A stretch of 64,000 nucleotides of DNA from Tissierellales bacterium. Lineage in GTDB: Bacteria > Bacillota > Clostridia > Tissierellales > DATGTQ01. Below are positions 63,530 through 64,000 of this stretch, in pieces. Under the pieces are notes generated by a model that ran no database searches, was not told the DNA's origin, and worked only from the letters and a program-made list of their open reading frames with translations. The number at the start of each line of letters is the position of its first letter. The stretch's first letter is position 1. The stretch covers positions 3,672-67,671 of the forward strand of contig DATGTQ010000079.1 of assembly GCA_035301805.1 (NCBI GenBank), written 5' to 3'. Both the position numbers and the translations under genes were made by a program.

Positions 63530-63999
63530 TTAATTTTGCTCCCTTACTATTTTCATTTGTGATGATGCTATTCTATTTAAGGCTTCCTCTTTAACAGTAG
63601 GGCTAACTCCTTCACTATCAGAAATATCTAATAAAATTTGATTTATATCTAATTTTTCAAAATTTACAGCTGCATCTATTGATTGTTTAAACTCAAATAG
63701 TTTTTCATTTTTAAAGATAGTGCTTTCTATTTCTTTTCTGTCTAAAACTTTTTCTCCAGCTAAAGCCACTTTTAATGGTATTAACTCAATTTTTATTCCA
63801 TCCTTTATTTCTATTAAAACAGCCTTAGGAATTCGTTCAATTTCCTTTAAACTATTAGTAATTCGTACTAAACTACCTGGATTTATAAAAAACTTATTTT
63901 CCATTTCTAAAGCTCCAAAACCAGTATGGTAATGGCCAGCCAAGGTTATATCTGCATATGTGTCTTTTATATCATCAATTAATGTATAAGGAATACCTT
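63530..63999 (-). CDS. SbcD/Mre11-like metallophosphoesterase, C-terminal part (5' end outside window)
   Basis: The frame is open to the window edge (...GIPYTLIDDIKDTYADITLAGHYHTGFG). The GHYH motif is typical of calcineurin-like nuclease subunits. The stop lies 1 nt before the next ATG. Confidence 0.75.
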   Translation of the reverse strand, partial: GIPYTLIDDIKDTYADITLAGHYHTGFGALEMENKFFINPGSLVRITNSLKEIERIPKAVLIEIKDGIKIELIPLKVALAGEKVLDRKEIESTIFKNEKLFEFKQSIDAAVNFEKLDINQILLDISDSEGVSPTVKEEALNRIASSQMKIVREQN

Positions 64000-64000
64000 T

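Overview
This is a chromosomal window from a low-GC, spore-forming Clostridia-class Firmicute, judged from spo0A, spoIVB, spoIIM, spoVS, the ytfIJ pair and an IspH-S1 fusion gene. Coordinates 1 to about 52.4 kb are one long plus-strand run of housekeeping genes: nusB, xseAB, ispA, tlyA, argR, recN, spoIVB, spo0A, a steA envelope cluster, nudF, spoIIM, xerD, nucleoside phosphorylases, dac genes, scpAB, rluB, a 2-oxoacid:ferredoxin oxidoreductase operon, cmk, plsC, ispH-rpsA, three M42 peptidases, miaB, mutSL, miaA and hfq. At a convergent hfq/lexA terminator the coding strand switches to minus: lexA, a Xer-like tyrosine recombinase, a ThiF-like enzyme, an aspartate aminotransferase, padR, a PHP esterase, spoVS, rny and an Mre11/Rad50-like operon. 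I saw no rRNA, tRNA, CRISPR array or clear mobile element.

The points most worth a second look are:
1. A roughly 570-nt ORF-free, G+C-enriched, helix-rich transcription unit lies between ispA and a small 4-TM protein. Its synteny matches the OLE RNA / OapA ribonucleoprotein locus.
2. An SbcD/SbcC-like operon encodes the Rad50-like ATPase as three translationally coupled ORFs, with the first cut falling right after the CxxC zinc hook.
3. A 1.5-kb ORF-poor, AT-rich island next to the tyrosine recombinase holds a small hydrophobic protein gene. That gene has an SD-sequestering leader, a convergent antisense-type unit, a decayed paralog and a perfect 15-bp inverted repeat with mirrored promoter modules. 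It could be a type I toxin-antitoxin-like locus and/or an invertible switch.
4. rny and a DUF3866 gene can encode their conserved N-termini only from non-canonical start codons.

All functional calls come from motif and family recognition by eye. No searches were run.
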